Positions 1-11,639 of a stretch of 64,000 nucleotides of DNA are shown in pieces. Source of the DNA: Wickerhamiella versatilis. Lineage: Eukaryota. Each line of letters begins with the position of its first letter. Position 1 is the stretch's first letter. The stretch lies in contig JAQOWU010000007.1 of the NCBI GenBank assembly GCA_030867685.1, positions 434,001 through 498,000 of the forward strand. The letters run 5' to 3'. The notes under the pieces were generated by a model that saw only the letters and a program-made list of their open reading frames with translations, had not been told where the DNA came from and made no database searches. The position numbers were made by a program, and so were the translations under genes.

Positions 1-943
1 GGATAGTGACGTCAGATGCATTGCCGGTGCCAATAAAGCTGCTGATAGCGAATAGCGCTGGGTCTTCAGTAATGTTATCATAACTAAATTCTTCAATAAG
101 TTTGTCAAACATATCCTGTGGCGGAAAAATATAGTTAGTAACATTTCCACCGATATAAACCTGCTTGAATCCTGCAGTCAACACTTTTTCAGCTGCTTCT
201 GGGTCAAACATAAGGTTGAAATCAGTGTTGATGTCATTGTTCGTATCCCCTCCTGTAACTTGGGCGTATTGGTTGTCAATATAACCACCCATGATCCATA
301 GTGCTTTCACATTCTTGACAAAGTCCGGCCACATACTTACAGCTTGTGCGACCGTGGTCATGAGACCTGCAGCAAAGATCTCTAGCTCGCCAGGATACTC
401 ACGGGCGGCTTGAATTAGCGCCATCGCTGCTGGGATATCTTTATTGTAGTTGACATCGCTCTGATTATACGTGTCCTTGTATCCCTCGCTCCATGCTCCT
501 TTCCACACAAATTCTCCAAAAAGCTCCTCCCAAACTTCAAACGTATTTTCATTGCGGAGAAACGGCTGAGCTGCTCCGGCGTAAAGCGGAATGCAATCCG
601 ATATGCTGTAGTTAGCCAGTACATCTGCCGCTTGTCCGAGTGCGTTAGGAAGAGAGGTATCCCCAAAACTCCCTGAGATGCCAACAACCTTCATACCGCT
701 CAGAAGAGGCAGGATCAGGTTAAGCGGTGTAAGTCCATCATTGTCTATGAAGACTTTACGCTCTTTAGGTGGTGATACGGTTGTATTCAAAGGATAAGAA
801 CAATTTGACAGGGTATAGTTGGATGTAAAATTGCCGAATTGCGTAGAGCAGTTACTAACCGTGCCGTTGCTAATTGTAAAATTGAAACTTGCAGCAGCAA
901 AGGGCAGAGCAGCCAGTGTAGCCGTGAATATGCCCATCACCAT
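1..943 (-). CDS. Secreted inosine/uridine-preferring nucleoside hydrolase family protein (3' end outside window; missing from ORF track)
   Basis: Manual translation from ATG at 943: MVMGIFTATLAALPFAAAS signal peptide, then KVFIDNDG, IPLYAGAAQP, LWIMGG and DFNLMFDPEAA motifs typical of IUNH; frame stays open to the window edge. Confidence 0.85.
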   Translation of the reverse strand, partial: MVMGIFTATLAALPFAAASFNFTISNGTVSNCSTQFGNFTSNYTLSNCSYPLNTTVSPPKERKVFIDNDGLTPLNLILPLLSGMKVVGISGSFGDTSLPNALGQAADVLANYSISDCIPLYAGAAQPFLRNENTFEVWEELFGEFVWKGAWSEGYKDTYNQSDVNYNKDIPAAMALIQAAREYPGELEIFAAGLMTTVAQAVSMWPDFVKNVKALWIMGGYIDNQYAQVTGGDTNNDINTDFNLMFDPEAAEKVLTAGFKQVYIGGNVTNYIFPPQDMFDKLIEEFSYDNITEDPALFAISSFIGTGNASDVTI

Positions 944-1241
944 TCTAGTTGTTAACTTCGATTCTTATGCAGTAGCGACCCTTATATAGGGTTGTTTCGG
1001 TAAGCTTACGAATGACTAACAATAAGTATAATGTCATGATCAACAAGCATTTTCGATCCGTGCTTGCCTAGAAGGAGAAGGAGGGAAGGCAAACAAAATA
1101 TCTTGAAATCTAAGTCTTGGAAAATGTTATACGATTAATATCCAGAAGTGCAAGTTGTAGCGTCTATAAAGATTCGAACCATGCTCAAATGCGTGATTTA
1201 CATGTTATTCCCTTTTAGGATATATATAATTAGTCAGATGG

Positions 1242-1263
1242 CCCCGGAAAGAAATTTCCGGGG
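1242..1263. promoter_or_regulatory. Inverted repeat CCCCGGAAA-gaaa-TTTCCGGGG (CGG-N10-CCG), possible Zn2Cys6 site
   Basis: Perfect 9-bp arms about 300 bp upstream of the nucleoside hydrolase ATG. Confidence 0.35.
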
Positions 1264-2450
1264 GCAGTCTGAAGGATACAGAGAGGTTAAATCTTGTATA
1301 TAGGATACCTTTAGGAAAAAAATAAAGCAAGATCTGTATCAGGCCACAATAGATACCATACAAATGCACCAAAACATTTTTTCTTTTGTTTCTTCTATGC
1401 ATATGCATTAAAATAATTACGTAACCTAGATAAACCACTTCACTACCAGAGACTGGTTCAATAAAGAAGTAAATAGTTACACGACGTGGTTAAAGTTGTC
1501 CTCCTATCCATTTACAGCATGATAGTGGGTCTGCTCGGCGAATTTAAAGTAGTAGGTACGTATAACACAGCTGTGATTGATCCATCTAACAAGTGTGTTT
1601 TTATGAAGTCAACGGGCAGATCACAAGTCTTGCTTGTTTTTCAGGTATTTTCATGGAAGATGCTTCATGTTGATAATTAGTTGTCATGCGACGACAGTAA
1701 TTTGCGAGACAAACGTTAAGCCGTCGGTTACTAAAGACCTTCGTTGCAAAGTCTTTTCGTTGTAATAGCAATTTTCCAGTAAGCTTTGTAGATAATAAGA
1801 GATGCTGCACCAAAGTATGGAACAGAGTTGCATTTCACGCAGAGTTCCTGCCTCAGCGATTGAACGACTCAGTCCAAAAATTTTCCACGTCCTCGAGGGC
1901 CTTATTTGAGACAGAAATGATCTTTCAAGCTGTCAAGAAGTACTGTAGTCCATTACATGTCATTGGTTTCGCTGACGCCATTTGCTGCTTTCTGTTTAAA
2001 CAAAATTGCTACCCAACTGACAAGTCTAATACTGCCGTAGGACAATGCTTAAGAGACATAGCGGGAAATTTACAGATAATTTCCCCTTTTCATCAATGAG
2101 AAAGCATCCTGTGTCTGGAATTTGGGAGTTCATGGTAGAAATCATAGGCCGGCTTTTAGACATGAACGGCTACGATCGTTATGAGGAGGGTGATAGCAAC
2201 GTCGCACTTGATGGTATCACGGTGAATGATGACTATTGTATCATCTTGTGAAGCTATGCTCACCGAAAGAGGGGTTGGCAATAAGCCTTACTGTATGTGT
2301 CTTTCATTGTTAATGGATTACAGACCCCTTTTCTAGCGTTGCCGCGTATTTACGAACAGAGGAGTACTAGAGGACATTGATTCGAGATGTATATAATATG
2401 CCTGACTTAGATTTATATTTAGTAGAAAAAAAAAGACATGCTCTATATAA

Positions 2451-3059
2451 TCACTTAGAGTGATTGGTCTGCTGAATCCGAGGTAGGTGGTACTCCCAGC
2501 TATTGGGAGCTTCAGCACGGAGTTTGGCGAGCTGCTCTTCTTTAGACTTCAATGCGCTAGGCGAGAGCAGTAGTGCCGGCATAAGGAGTAGAAGTGTTAT
2601 ACCTTGAGCAAGTACACGTGCTTGCACGATCTTTTGAGCCTTGCTAAATATGCCGTTCCTATTAATCAGGTGAAGACATCCAGCAAATGAAGCAGCCCAT
2701 CCTGCTACTACGAGTTTGTGCTTATGAGCACACAGAAAATCGGAGATAGCGCTTGTAGAATGATTGCTGCTTGAAGCCGAATTGACAGGTTCTATCCCCT
2801 GAGCACTACTACGCTTGCTAATTCCGAACCTATGACCGTCAATTTCTGCCCTTGTAAAGGCGCCAAATGCAGCAGGAGATACGCAAATAAGAAACAGTGC
2901 CAGTCCACTTCTCAAATGAGTTGATATTTTATTTCGAAGCAATCGATAGGCACCAACAGATGCGAGCCCACCAACGGAAGCACCCTTCAATGCACCAAGG
3001 TTCATAGCCCTGACATATTCGCGTAGTTCTCGGTTACCAGAAATTGAAGCAGATGACAT
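2451..3059 (-). CDS. RCF2: HIG1-domain mitochondrial respiratory supercomplex factor (Rcf2-like)
   Basis: KLVVAGWAAS and AQKIVQARVLAQGITL (HIG1 QRRQ-type motif); two TM hairpins; first ATG at 3059. Confidence 0.8.
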   Translation of the reverse strand: MSSASISGNRELREYVRAMNLGALKGASVGGLASVGAYRLLRNKISTHLRSGLALFLICVSPAAFGAFTRAEIDGHRFGISKRSSAQGIEPVNSASSSNHSTSAISDFLCAHKHKLVVAGWAASFAGCLHLINRNGIFSKAQKIVQARVLAQGITLLLLMPALLLSPSALKSKEEQLAKLRAEAPNSWEYHLPRIQQTNHSK

Positions 3060-5413
3060 TTTCGTTCTATCTAACAATTAGTTCAAGCCAGTCGTAATAT
3101 ATGGACATAATTACATAATTTATTTCTCGGTATGAACCACTTAGTCGTGAATACGATGTGGTGGGTCCACTGTGCCCTAGTTAATTTGGGTAAGGGCGAA
3201 GATCGCCTCATAAAAAGTTCTATTTCGAAAAAACACGGGGAAGCCTCACATGGATCCAGTATGCACATATTAATAGTCCTTATACCAGTATCGTCTCATT
3301 TAGCAGGTTTGAGTCGCGACCGGTAAGGTCTGCAGTCTTGAAACGTAAAAACACGAAGTTTCAGGCTGCCCAGTGCCTATCTGACAGGTTAGGGTAATCG
3401 AGTCTATTTCTTGACCAGAATGTAGGACAGAGTAGGAAGCAGACATGGGAATGATTTAGATATTTATTCACGCGTCACGCTTGAATGACAATTGTGTTGC
3501 TACGCAATTTAATTAGCCTAGGTATAGGATGGGTCTAGTTATCTAAGCAATCTCTACCTCGTATCCCTACCTTCAGAGTCGTTGGGGTAACCCATGTTGT
3601 GCTCAGCTGCGGATAGGATACAAGACAATTACTGTACTAGAGATCTCTCGTATCGCATTAATACGCTGCTGGATGTTTGGCGTGAGTTAGAACCTTCAAT
3701 AATACCATATGTCTGTACTACAAGCAATAAGCCTACCACTAGTGCACATACTTCTTCAATGTTGACCAAGTAACCTGCTGTAATTATTCTAGAGTTTTAA
3801 GTTTCGGCTTTTACAATTTAGCTGGGCCTAAATTGAATTTGATAGAATTCTGTTTGACTAGAAAAAAAGTTTGAAAATCTGCAGATAGTGATGATTGCGT
3901 GCTTGATGTAAGAGGCTCCTGATTAGCAATAGCAATTCGATTCTAATCTGAATACGATCGTGCTCAATACTATCCTGACCCAAAGGAGGAAAAGTAATTA
4001 TATCCTGCGCTTCTGGGTACCACCGAATAAAATTTTCCGATTTTCCGTTACTATGTGGTAACGTCACTTCTATTTTGGGCCGTAAGTTCTGAGTGGCTTC
4101 CTCCTTGGTTGCTGCCGGTGCGGTTGGCTTAAGAGTGGTAGATGTTATGGGATAGTTTACTATACTATTGTGTGGCACCTCCCACAACCACCTTTTGGCG
4201 CGCATAGATAGTGAGTTTCAGTGATAGGTTGTTTTCCGTGACCTCATATCATTCAAAAAATAACATATGTGATATTTTCAACATCTATGGTCTCTTCTAG
4301 ATGGTTCAGGACGTAGTCACCAACCACAAGGTCAAGCATCATCTTGGTTTCACCAGAAGCCGCTCGCACTTGCTGGGCTGCTCAATACCAGAGCATAGGG
4401 GGAGGGTCAAAATACTCAGTTTAAAAGTTATTCTCATGGTCCCCTCTACGCCTGTCGTGGAAAGAGTTTAGAGTATCACTCTTCAGGTACCTTAGCCTCG
4501 TACTCATTTGATTCATCGGAAAGAAACGAATAAATGTCGTGATTATTGAACACTTAAGTAGGGCTGTCAGGACAAAAATCTTCATTGCTAATGTAGTCAA
4601 TATCTAGAGCTCTGGTAGAACTCCATAATGGTCCTCTGGCTCGGACTCAGGCTCTATGCGGATGCGTAGGGCATATCGTTGTTCACCTTTTGGGACGACC
4701 TGAGATCCTTGTGGGCGACATATTTGCTTGGATTGATATAGTTGAACATATAAGTCTGATTTCACTGCATGTTGACTAGGAAAAATGACGTCAGGTTCGC
4801 GTTGACTGGTACCACTAGAAGTTAGGGTTAAACATCACTCTGTGAACGACACCATAACTTTAGGCTTAGCCAGTGGGTATTTGTATAGTGGGAAACAGTT
4901 GCCACATCATTTCAGATAATCTTAACTCCTAAATAAAGTCTAAACAAGCTAATTTTAAAAAAAACCCACTCAATTCATTTAGTTGCATAGTAATTGATGG
5001 TGAGTACCGAGACAATACATGATTTTTGTCACAGAAAGACTAAGTGTGCAATATTAGATATTATATTGGGTATATATCAACTTCCAACGCTTTAACTTGC
5101 AGCAATTATAAACTGGATATTGGTGCTCCGTAGGCTGCACAAACTGCAATATTTCTAAACGACAAAATACGATTCCGAGGGACAGAAAAAAACAATGCTT
5201 TGCTTCTCATAAATATAAAGTTCTTCACCCACAAATATCGATAGGGACTCATATTTAATTACAGTACGCTACAACATCGAGTTGTGCTGACTTCTGAAAG
5301 TATATTGTTAGATATCTGCCTAGACCACTGTGACAATTAAGATGTGGATGCATTAGGTTATTCTAGATTAGTTCATGTAAGAGTAATGTATTTTCATACA
5401 GGGAGTATACCAA

Positions 5414-7204
5414 TCAGACCGCAATACCCTCTGAATGTGACCTGTCACTTTCTGAGGCCCTTCTTTCAATCGTACTCGCCGTATCCTCATAGTCCTTATT
5501 CGGCATGAGCTCAAGTTGTTTATCAGCGGCCAGGGATTGGGCAAATCTAGACTTCTTGCGGATATAAGGCCCTTTCCAGTAGAATAAGTAGATTGGTATC
5601 ACAACGAGCACAGCAATGCAGCCCAAAATTGTTGAGGCATACTCATAATTTAGTCCTTCTCCAGGATGGCCCGGAACAGGATCAATGTTGTCATATAATG
5701 GATTGGCATACATAACCGAGATACCCGCCAGAAGGTCCCGGGCAAACCCATTACCACCCGTGGCGGAGGCCGAATATGGACCATACGCCGCAATCATATA
5801 GTCAATTGTTGCCTCATAAATTGAAAAGTTTGCTATGCCAATACAGGCGAAGAACAACGCAGGTGCTATCCAGGGAATATTGTGAGATCCCTGGTTGCCG
5901 AAACTCGTCCATGCAAAACCAAACAGACCTATCGGTTCCAATGGGGCAAGGAATAAAAGGAGCAAAAGGCGCCGCTCCGCAAACCGCGCCGAGTCTCCAA
6001 GCCTTTTCATGACGCTGATCTGCCGCCATGTATCCAAATAGTGTAATGCATAGGCAATGAGGTATCCAATCAAAACAACAACGTAAAACGCACCTGACGT
6101 TTCTGTTGTAAAACCAAAGTTATTACCCAGGATGTCTCCCAGAGAGTTCATGAACATGAAGATTAGAGCATCCGAGAAACCAGACAACAGCGATAGGCAC
6201 AACACAATGGGCTCACGAAGAAACATCTCGAATGGTCTTCGCCAAATAATCAACATCTCATTGAAAGTTAGCTTTTTCTTGTGAATTTCTCCGGGACCCC
6301 AAATGTTAGTGTCCTCCCCACTCTCTCGCCTACGCTTCGCTTCTCGGTCCATTAGGATTGAGTTACGTGTTTCACGGGCAAGTAGCAGGTGAACTAACTG
6401 CGCGAATCCCCCGACTATCAGTTGAATCCAGAAATTCCAACGCCAACTAAGATGTACCGTTGCAATGGGGGCGAAAATCGGAGCGATTACCGATCCCACC
6501 ACACTCGAAAAAACCACGAATAACACGCCAAAGCCTTGATCGTGGGCTTCCCACATGTCTGCAACAACTGCGAGAGTGACAGAGCCCCCTGCACTGGACA
6601 AACCTGTCAGGGCACGGGCAACGCACACAGAGCCGTAATTGGGGGCAAGTGCCCCCAGGATCTGCCAGATGTTCACGAAGAACAGGGAGACCTGCATAAC
6701 CCAGTACCGTCCGAACTCCTCTGACCATGGGGCCCATAGCTCACACCCAAACGCGTAGCACACCATCATTAGCATCTGGGAGACACGGGTTTTGGGAAGC
6801 GAGACTTTGAAATGCTTGGATACGATACTGAGGGCACCGGGATAGAACCCAGCATTGAAGTTCATGGATACCTGGACCATAAACACCGCGAGTAGGATGG
6901 TCCATTTTTTCCACCAGGGGAAACTGAATCCGAGCTTATCATAGCAGTTGCGTTCACGGATTTCGCGACGACCATCCTTGTGCAGTACACCGTCGAGCTT
7001 CTTTTTTATCTTTTTTCCGTTCTCGTCCGTTGTCCAGACCTCTAGTTCAGCACCCACATCTTCGACGTAGTTGGCGGTTGATTTTTGGTGATCAGCAGAG
7101 GGCTGATCAGGGTTACGCGTCTGCTCCACAATGTCAGGGTGGCTCATGTGCGATACACTGTCCTTATGCTCACCGCTAATCTCGTCCTTTAAGGATTCCG
7201 ACAT
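5414..7204 (-). CDS. MFS transporter, DHA1 drug:H+ antiporter-like
   Basis: About 12 TM segments, WAPWSEEFGR motif A, RPFEMFLREPIV. Start placed at MSESLKD (7204); an upstream in-frame ATG at 7333 is possible. Confidence 0.88.
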   Translation of the reverse strand: MSESLKDEISGEHKDSVSHMSHPDIVEQTRNPDQPSADHQKSTANYVEDVGAELEVWTTDENGKKIKKKLDGVLHKDGRREIRERNCYDKLGFSFPWWKKWTILLAVFMVQVSMNFNAGFYPGALSIVSKHFKVSLPKTRVSQMLMMVCYAFGCELWAPWSEEFGRYWVMQVSLFFVNIWQILGALAPNYGSVCVARALTGLSSAGGSVTLAVVADMWEAHDQGFGVLFVVFSSVVGSVIAPIFAPIATVHLSWRWNFWIQLIVGGFAQLVHLLLARETRNSILMDREAKRRRESGEDTNIWGPGEIHKKKLTFNEMLIIWRRPFEMFLREPIVLCLSLLSGFSDALIFMFMNSLGDILGNNFGFTTETSGAFYVVVLIGYLIAYALHYLDTWRQISVMKRLGDSARFAERRLLLLLFLAPLEPIGLFGFAWTSFGNQGSHNIPWIAPALFFACIGIANFSIYEATIDYMIAAYGPYSASATGGNGFARDLLAGISVMYANPLYDNIDPVPGHPGEGLNYEYASTILGCIAVLVVIPIYLFYWKGPYIRKKSRFAQSLAADKQLELMPNKDYEDTASTIERRASESDRSHSEGIAV

Positions 7205-8365
7205 GGCAAAGCTCTGAGATGCTTTGGGAAAATTTGTGTAATGTGGGGGCGGGGGGTGGGGATGGTGGTGGAGGTTTATGGGGATTTGGGCTGGGGTTGT
7301 TATGTACGTCAGCCAAGATCCGAATTTTTCCATGCGAGCTGCGAGCTGGCGAGCAGGCTGGGTGAGCTTTGTGATGATAGCCTACTTTAGATTGGTGCCT
7401 AAGTTTAGATTTTAAGGTTGATGCAGGTTTAAACCCGCATGACTCTCCATTGCCACCGCGAAAAAAAGGTTTGTAAAATACACAGATGTATGAATGAGCA
7501 GCACACTCTCTACATAGCACCTAGAGACATGCAATTCACTAAGTTCTCCCAGAACTTCAACAGGAAGTGTCTCAAACACATAACGATTATTAATATGACG
7601 TTTTGCGGATTTTCCCGGGGTTCCTGCTTCGCGGATCTCTAACTTTGTGCAAGGTCTTTTTGGCGAGAAATAAAGTTATAGACCACGATTACCTGTGAAT
7701 CTGCGAATCTAAGCCAATCGCCGTTTGAAAAGTCGTTGTAGATGGATAGTTTCGGATCCCCTGGCCCACGGGGTGAGGGGTAGGAGGCCAGCGGAGCGAC
7801 TCTAGAAAATTCTTTGAGCTTGTGCAGACGACGTAAGACGACACAGGCGGCATTCAGCATCATAATTGAATCCACTATTTCGAATTTGCTAATAATCCAG
7901 GCATTTTCAAGCGCCAAAACGTCATTATACACGAATAATTTAGGGCCTCTGCTTAAGTGGTGAGTGCAGCCTGGAAAGGATCCTCCAGCTTGCGTTTGCA
8001 ATAATGGCATAAATAGCAATCCTTTATTATTAGTTTTTACTTGCTAGTTCTCTACATTTGCTCTCGGATAATTGGTGCATCTGGTCTAGGTTACGAGGCC
8101 CCTAGGGGCTCCGGAGTCGAGAATGGTTTAGCTGCCTAGATTTAAATTTCAAATGCATTTGCTCCCCTAATAACCAGATGGTCCAGTTTAACCTGCAAAC
8201 AGTTCTATCCTTCTTGCCACATTTGTCGGTAACTCGTATTATGACATGATAGTTGCGTCGGATAATTTAGGGGGGTTTCTTTTAGAGCGGCATAGGGCCG
8301 GTAAAAGCGTTAGGTACAGCGTGCTCCAGATCTGCCGGTCACCATAATAGGCTGTGGCTAGATAC

Positions 8366-9196
8366 TTATGTTGGAGAGACAAACAGTCTTATGTCCTCTG
8401 CCACTTTCATCGGACATTCCCAGAACATGTTATGCCCATAACCGTCATATGAAATGAATTCTGCCTTGGCAACCACGTTTTTGATGCAGCACTGGGTATC
8501 CTCGCCAAATATCGGGTCCTCGGTGCCCCAAAGAATCAAAGTGGGCTGAGGAATTCGTTTTGCCACGTAGGTCCAGTTGGTTAATGACATGGTTCGCAAG
8601 ACAGATATCCACGTGGACAATGGGACCTGTGCACACTGCTTATACTGGTATGTCATAAAAGTGCTATCAACAGCCGTAGGATTTGCGAACCATTCCTTCA
8701 CAAAGTCGCTGTCGGGATTTTGAGCAATATCTGACGTCTTCACGACGTTTTCTTCCAGCGTACTCATTGTAGGATCAGGAATCGCAGTAGCCGTCGATAT
8801 AAGGACCAACCTCTCCGAGCGATGGGGGTAGTACACCGAGAAGATGCCTGCAATGATTGACCCAAGCGAATGGCCAACGACGATGGCTGAGGTGAGGCCG
8901 ATTCTATCCATCAATTCATTCAGGTCTTTAGCAACCCCCCAAAGGCAGTAGCAGGAGAGCTCGTCGACCTGCGAGGAGTCCCCGTGTCCAGGGAGGTCAA
9001 TCATCGTTATAGAGAAGTCCAATAGATATGGGGCTATTAGCGACCACGATCTCGAGCTATCCGTGAACCCATGAATCAATAATAGGGGCTTCCCTGACAT
9101 ATTGCCTCCCCTGAGATAGGCCAATTTCACCCCACTGGAGAGGCAAATGAATTTCTTTTTAAGGTTCCAATCTTGCTGGTCGGGAAAAGCTGTCAT
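8366..9196 (-). CDS. Alpha/beta hydrolase (Abhydrolase_1/6), bacterial-like esterase/lactonase
   Basis: LLIHGFTDS oxyanion loop, DLPGHG, GHSLG nucleophile elbow, WGTED acid, GYGH His. Confidence 0.88.
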   Translation of the reverse strand: MTAFPDQQDWNLKKKFICLSSGVKLAYLRGGNMSGKPLLLIHGFTDSSRSWSLIAPYLLDFSITMIDLPGHGDSSQVDELSCYCLWGVAKDLNELMDRIGLTSAIVVGHSLGSIIAGIFSVYYPHRSERLVLISTATAIPDPTMSTLEENVVKTSDIAQNPDSDFVKEWFANPTAVDSTFMTYQYKQCAQVPLSTWISVLRTMSLTNWTYVAKRIPQPTLILWGTEDPIFGEDTQCCIKNVVAKAEFISYDGYGHNMFWECPMKVAEDIRLFVSPT

Positions 9197-9392
9197 CTGG
9201 AAAAAAGTTGTAACGATTTCGCAAGGCGCGCAGTGCTGGCTGCTCGCCCGGCCAAAGCAAGGATAACCTAATAGGCTAAGCTAAGTAATATTGTGGGTGT
9301 CTGTTATTGTTTCACTTGGACGTAAGATTTTGGCTCATGGACTTAAGGTGGTGCGAATTATGGTATTTTCTAATTATTAGGCTGTATCAGGC

Positions 9393-11426
9393 TTAGCAAA
9401 ACGGGTTGTCCATCCAGTCCAGATTAATAAATATATCATCAAATGTACTTGTATCGATTGGCAGCGACTCTTCACTCTCTCTAGGAGCAGCTGGCGAAGC
9501 AGCATTTTCGGGAACATCCTGAATTGGGACCGCGCAGGACTTTGGTTTCGTTGAATTGGGCTGCTCAGGCTCAACCTCAGGATCGGGTTTAAGCTTAAGC
9601 TTGAGTTGCTGCGTGGCCTCGAAGAGCAGCCCTGCCTCGATAGAGGGATCATTAAAAGAGATGTTGCACTCATCGACGAGGTAGCGCATGAATGAGTCGT
9701 AATGAGCCAGCAGAAGTTTCAGCGTCAGCGAGTAGGACAACGCGTTATTATCAATAGGATATTTCAGGGCGAGTGTGTTGAATCGTGTGATGATGCTGGT
9801 CACTGTTTGTAGGGAGTCTTGAGGAGTGGCGGGGATTTGAGCGAAGCACTTATTTGTTAGGGTTAGTGCCCGGCAATTCAATAAAATGGAAGTTAGCATG
9901 ACAATAGTGGATAGAAGTGGGGAAATGGCAGATACGGCGTCATGGTCGTTAAACTCGTTAAGAAAGATTTTCAGACCTATATTTGCCCCTGTATAGAGCT
10001 TTCGGAAGAACATAACTTGGACCTCACTGAGGTCATTGGCGTGAACATTGAGACTGAGACTTGTGAACGGAGATCTACCTACCTTGTCTGAATATTCGCA
10101 GTACAAAACATCCTGATACAATGCGCTTTTTAACGCCAGATAGTATATTCGCACTGAAGGGGACATAGATGAAATGGCTTTTTCGTACAAGTATTCAATA
10201 TGAGTTTCAAATTTATGAATCACATCCCTACCCAGCGGCTCAGTTGATCTCTCTTTATCGAGGTCAGAAAATATTCTTGTCGCGCCAGCAAGGAACCAGA
10301 TTGGTAGGTAACCCGGAGGACGAGATACGACAAAGTCTTCTTGAGACAACGAATCTAGCTTCTCCTCCTCGTAAAAAGTCCAATCAAAAGTGCGTCCAAC
10401 TTTCTTATTATTGGAGATAAGCGGCTGGAACTGCATTGAGAGTGCAGCGAGCCAGGCTAGACTGCATTCCTTTTCATTTCCTACTCCGAGGGCTTCTGGC
10501 TGTGGGTTCACCATTTCAGGAAATGCTATGCCACGGCTCATGCCAGCCATCTGTGGTCCCGCCACTCCGATGTCTGAGCCGACAGATAAGGATGTGTCGC
10601 TTAAGAGCTGAATCTGACAAGCGTCAAATGTGAGAGGCTGATTATACCAGTACATTAGTAGAACTAGGCATTGGAGAAGCTCCAGGCTTCTGCTACCAGC
10701 AATAAATATCTCCGAAAGAACTGAGCTAAAGGCTATTTCTTGAAGTAGGAGAGAGGTCTCTAATTGACAACTGTCGCCGACAAAATGAGAGGCGACTGCA
10801 ATCACACAATGAAATAGCAATGGCGTACTCTTCATTATTGCGTCCATAGGAACAGGTGGTAACGGTACCACAGGAAAGCTTTTGGAAACGAGATCGCGGT
10901 ACATGTCTAGCCTTTGCATTGCAGCATCCTCCGTGAGAATTCCTTGAGAAATCACGTTGTCATCATAATCTCTTACGAGCCGGTATGGATACTGCTTGGA
11001 AACATTTTGCTGAACGTTTTTTCGCTTGTGAAGGGCATTATGGGTCTCTTCGACGAGGTCTTTGGTGCTGGCCATTTCCTGAAAAGGTATATCCAGCGTA
11101 ATTGGCCACCAGGGAATATGGTTATTGCATACCGGTTCAATGCTCTTTGGCTGGTCACGTCCCTCTGCGTAGGGCGTTTCGATCAAGCTAAGCGGTATCG
11201 AGCCTTGTCCCGGAGTAGCACCAGGTGTCCATTCCAATGACTTTGAGTCCCCCTTACGAGTTGTCTGTCGGCGTTGCCTTTTAGATATCTCAGATATGCA
11301 ATCTATCCCATTCTTGATGCATTTTTTACAAGGTGCTGACGGAGCAATTCTATCGCATTTGACTTTGGCCCGCCGACAACTCAAGCAAGACTTTGTTGTT
11401 TTAAGGGGCTGCTTTGAAAAAAGCAT
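9393..11426 (-). CDS. Zn(II)2Cys6 transcription factor
   Basis: CLSCRRAKVKCD...CKKCIKNGIDC binuclear cluster, fungal middle-homology region (SLELLQCLVLL), acidic C-terminal tail. Confidence 0.92.
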   Translation of the reverse strand: MLFSKQPLKTTKSCLSCRRAKVKCDRIAPSAPCKKCIKNGIDCISEISKRQRRQTTRKGDSKSLEWTPGATPGQGSIPLSLIETPYAEGRDQPKSIEPVCNNHIPWWPITLDIPFQEMASTKDLVEETHNALHKRKNVQQNVSKQYPYRLVRDYDDNVISQGILTEDAAMQRLDMYRDLVSKSFPVVPLPPVPMDAIMKSTPLLFHCVIAVASHFVGDSCQLETSLLLQEIAFSSVLSEIFIAGSRSLELLQCLVLLMYWYNQPLTFDACQIQLLSDTSLSVGSDIGVAGPQMAGMSRGIAFPEMVNPQPEALGVGNEKECSLAWLAALSMQFQPLISNNKKVGRTFDWTFYEEEKLDSLSQEDFVVSRPPGYLPIWFLAGATRIFSDLDKERSTEPLGRDVIHKFETHIEYLYEKAISSMSPSVRIYYLALKSALYQDVLYCEYSDKVGRSPFTSLSLNVHANDLSEVQVMFFRKLYTGANIGLKIFLNEFNDHDAVSAISPLLSTIVMLTSILLNCRALTLTNKCFAQIPATPQDSLQTVTSIITRFNTLALKYPIDNNALSYSLTLKLLLAHYDSFMRYLVDECNISFNDPSIEAGLLFEATQQLKLKLKPDPEVEPEQPNSTKPKSCAVPIQDVPENAASPAAPRESEESLPIDTSTFDDIFINLDWMDNPFC

Positions 11427-11639
11427 TATCTATAAGGTGTAGGGACGAGAAAAAAATCCTACAGATACGCTCCGGCTTGACGTTTTGATTATTAATACAT
11501 CTTGTCCAGTCGCTGCTCCAACTAGAAAAGAAAGCAAAGAAAAAGAAGAAACTCTTGACACTATAAAAAAATTAATCTCTAGCTATCCAAGAATCTTAGA
11601 GTATGTATGCGCAAAGGCCGGTCACCGGAGGGGGGATGC

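Noticed and set aside
1486-2251. Chain of short plus-strand ORFs, possible pseudogene
   Set aside because: No recognisable family and no coherent frame; cannot be supported without a search
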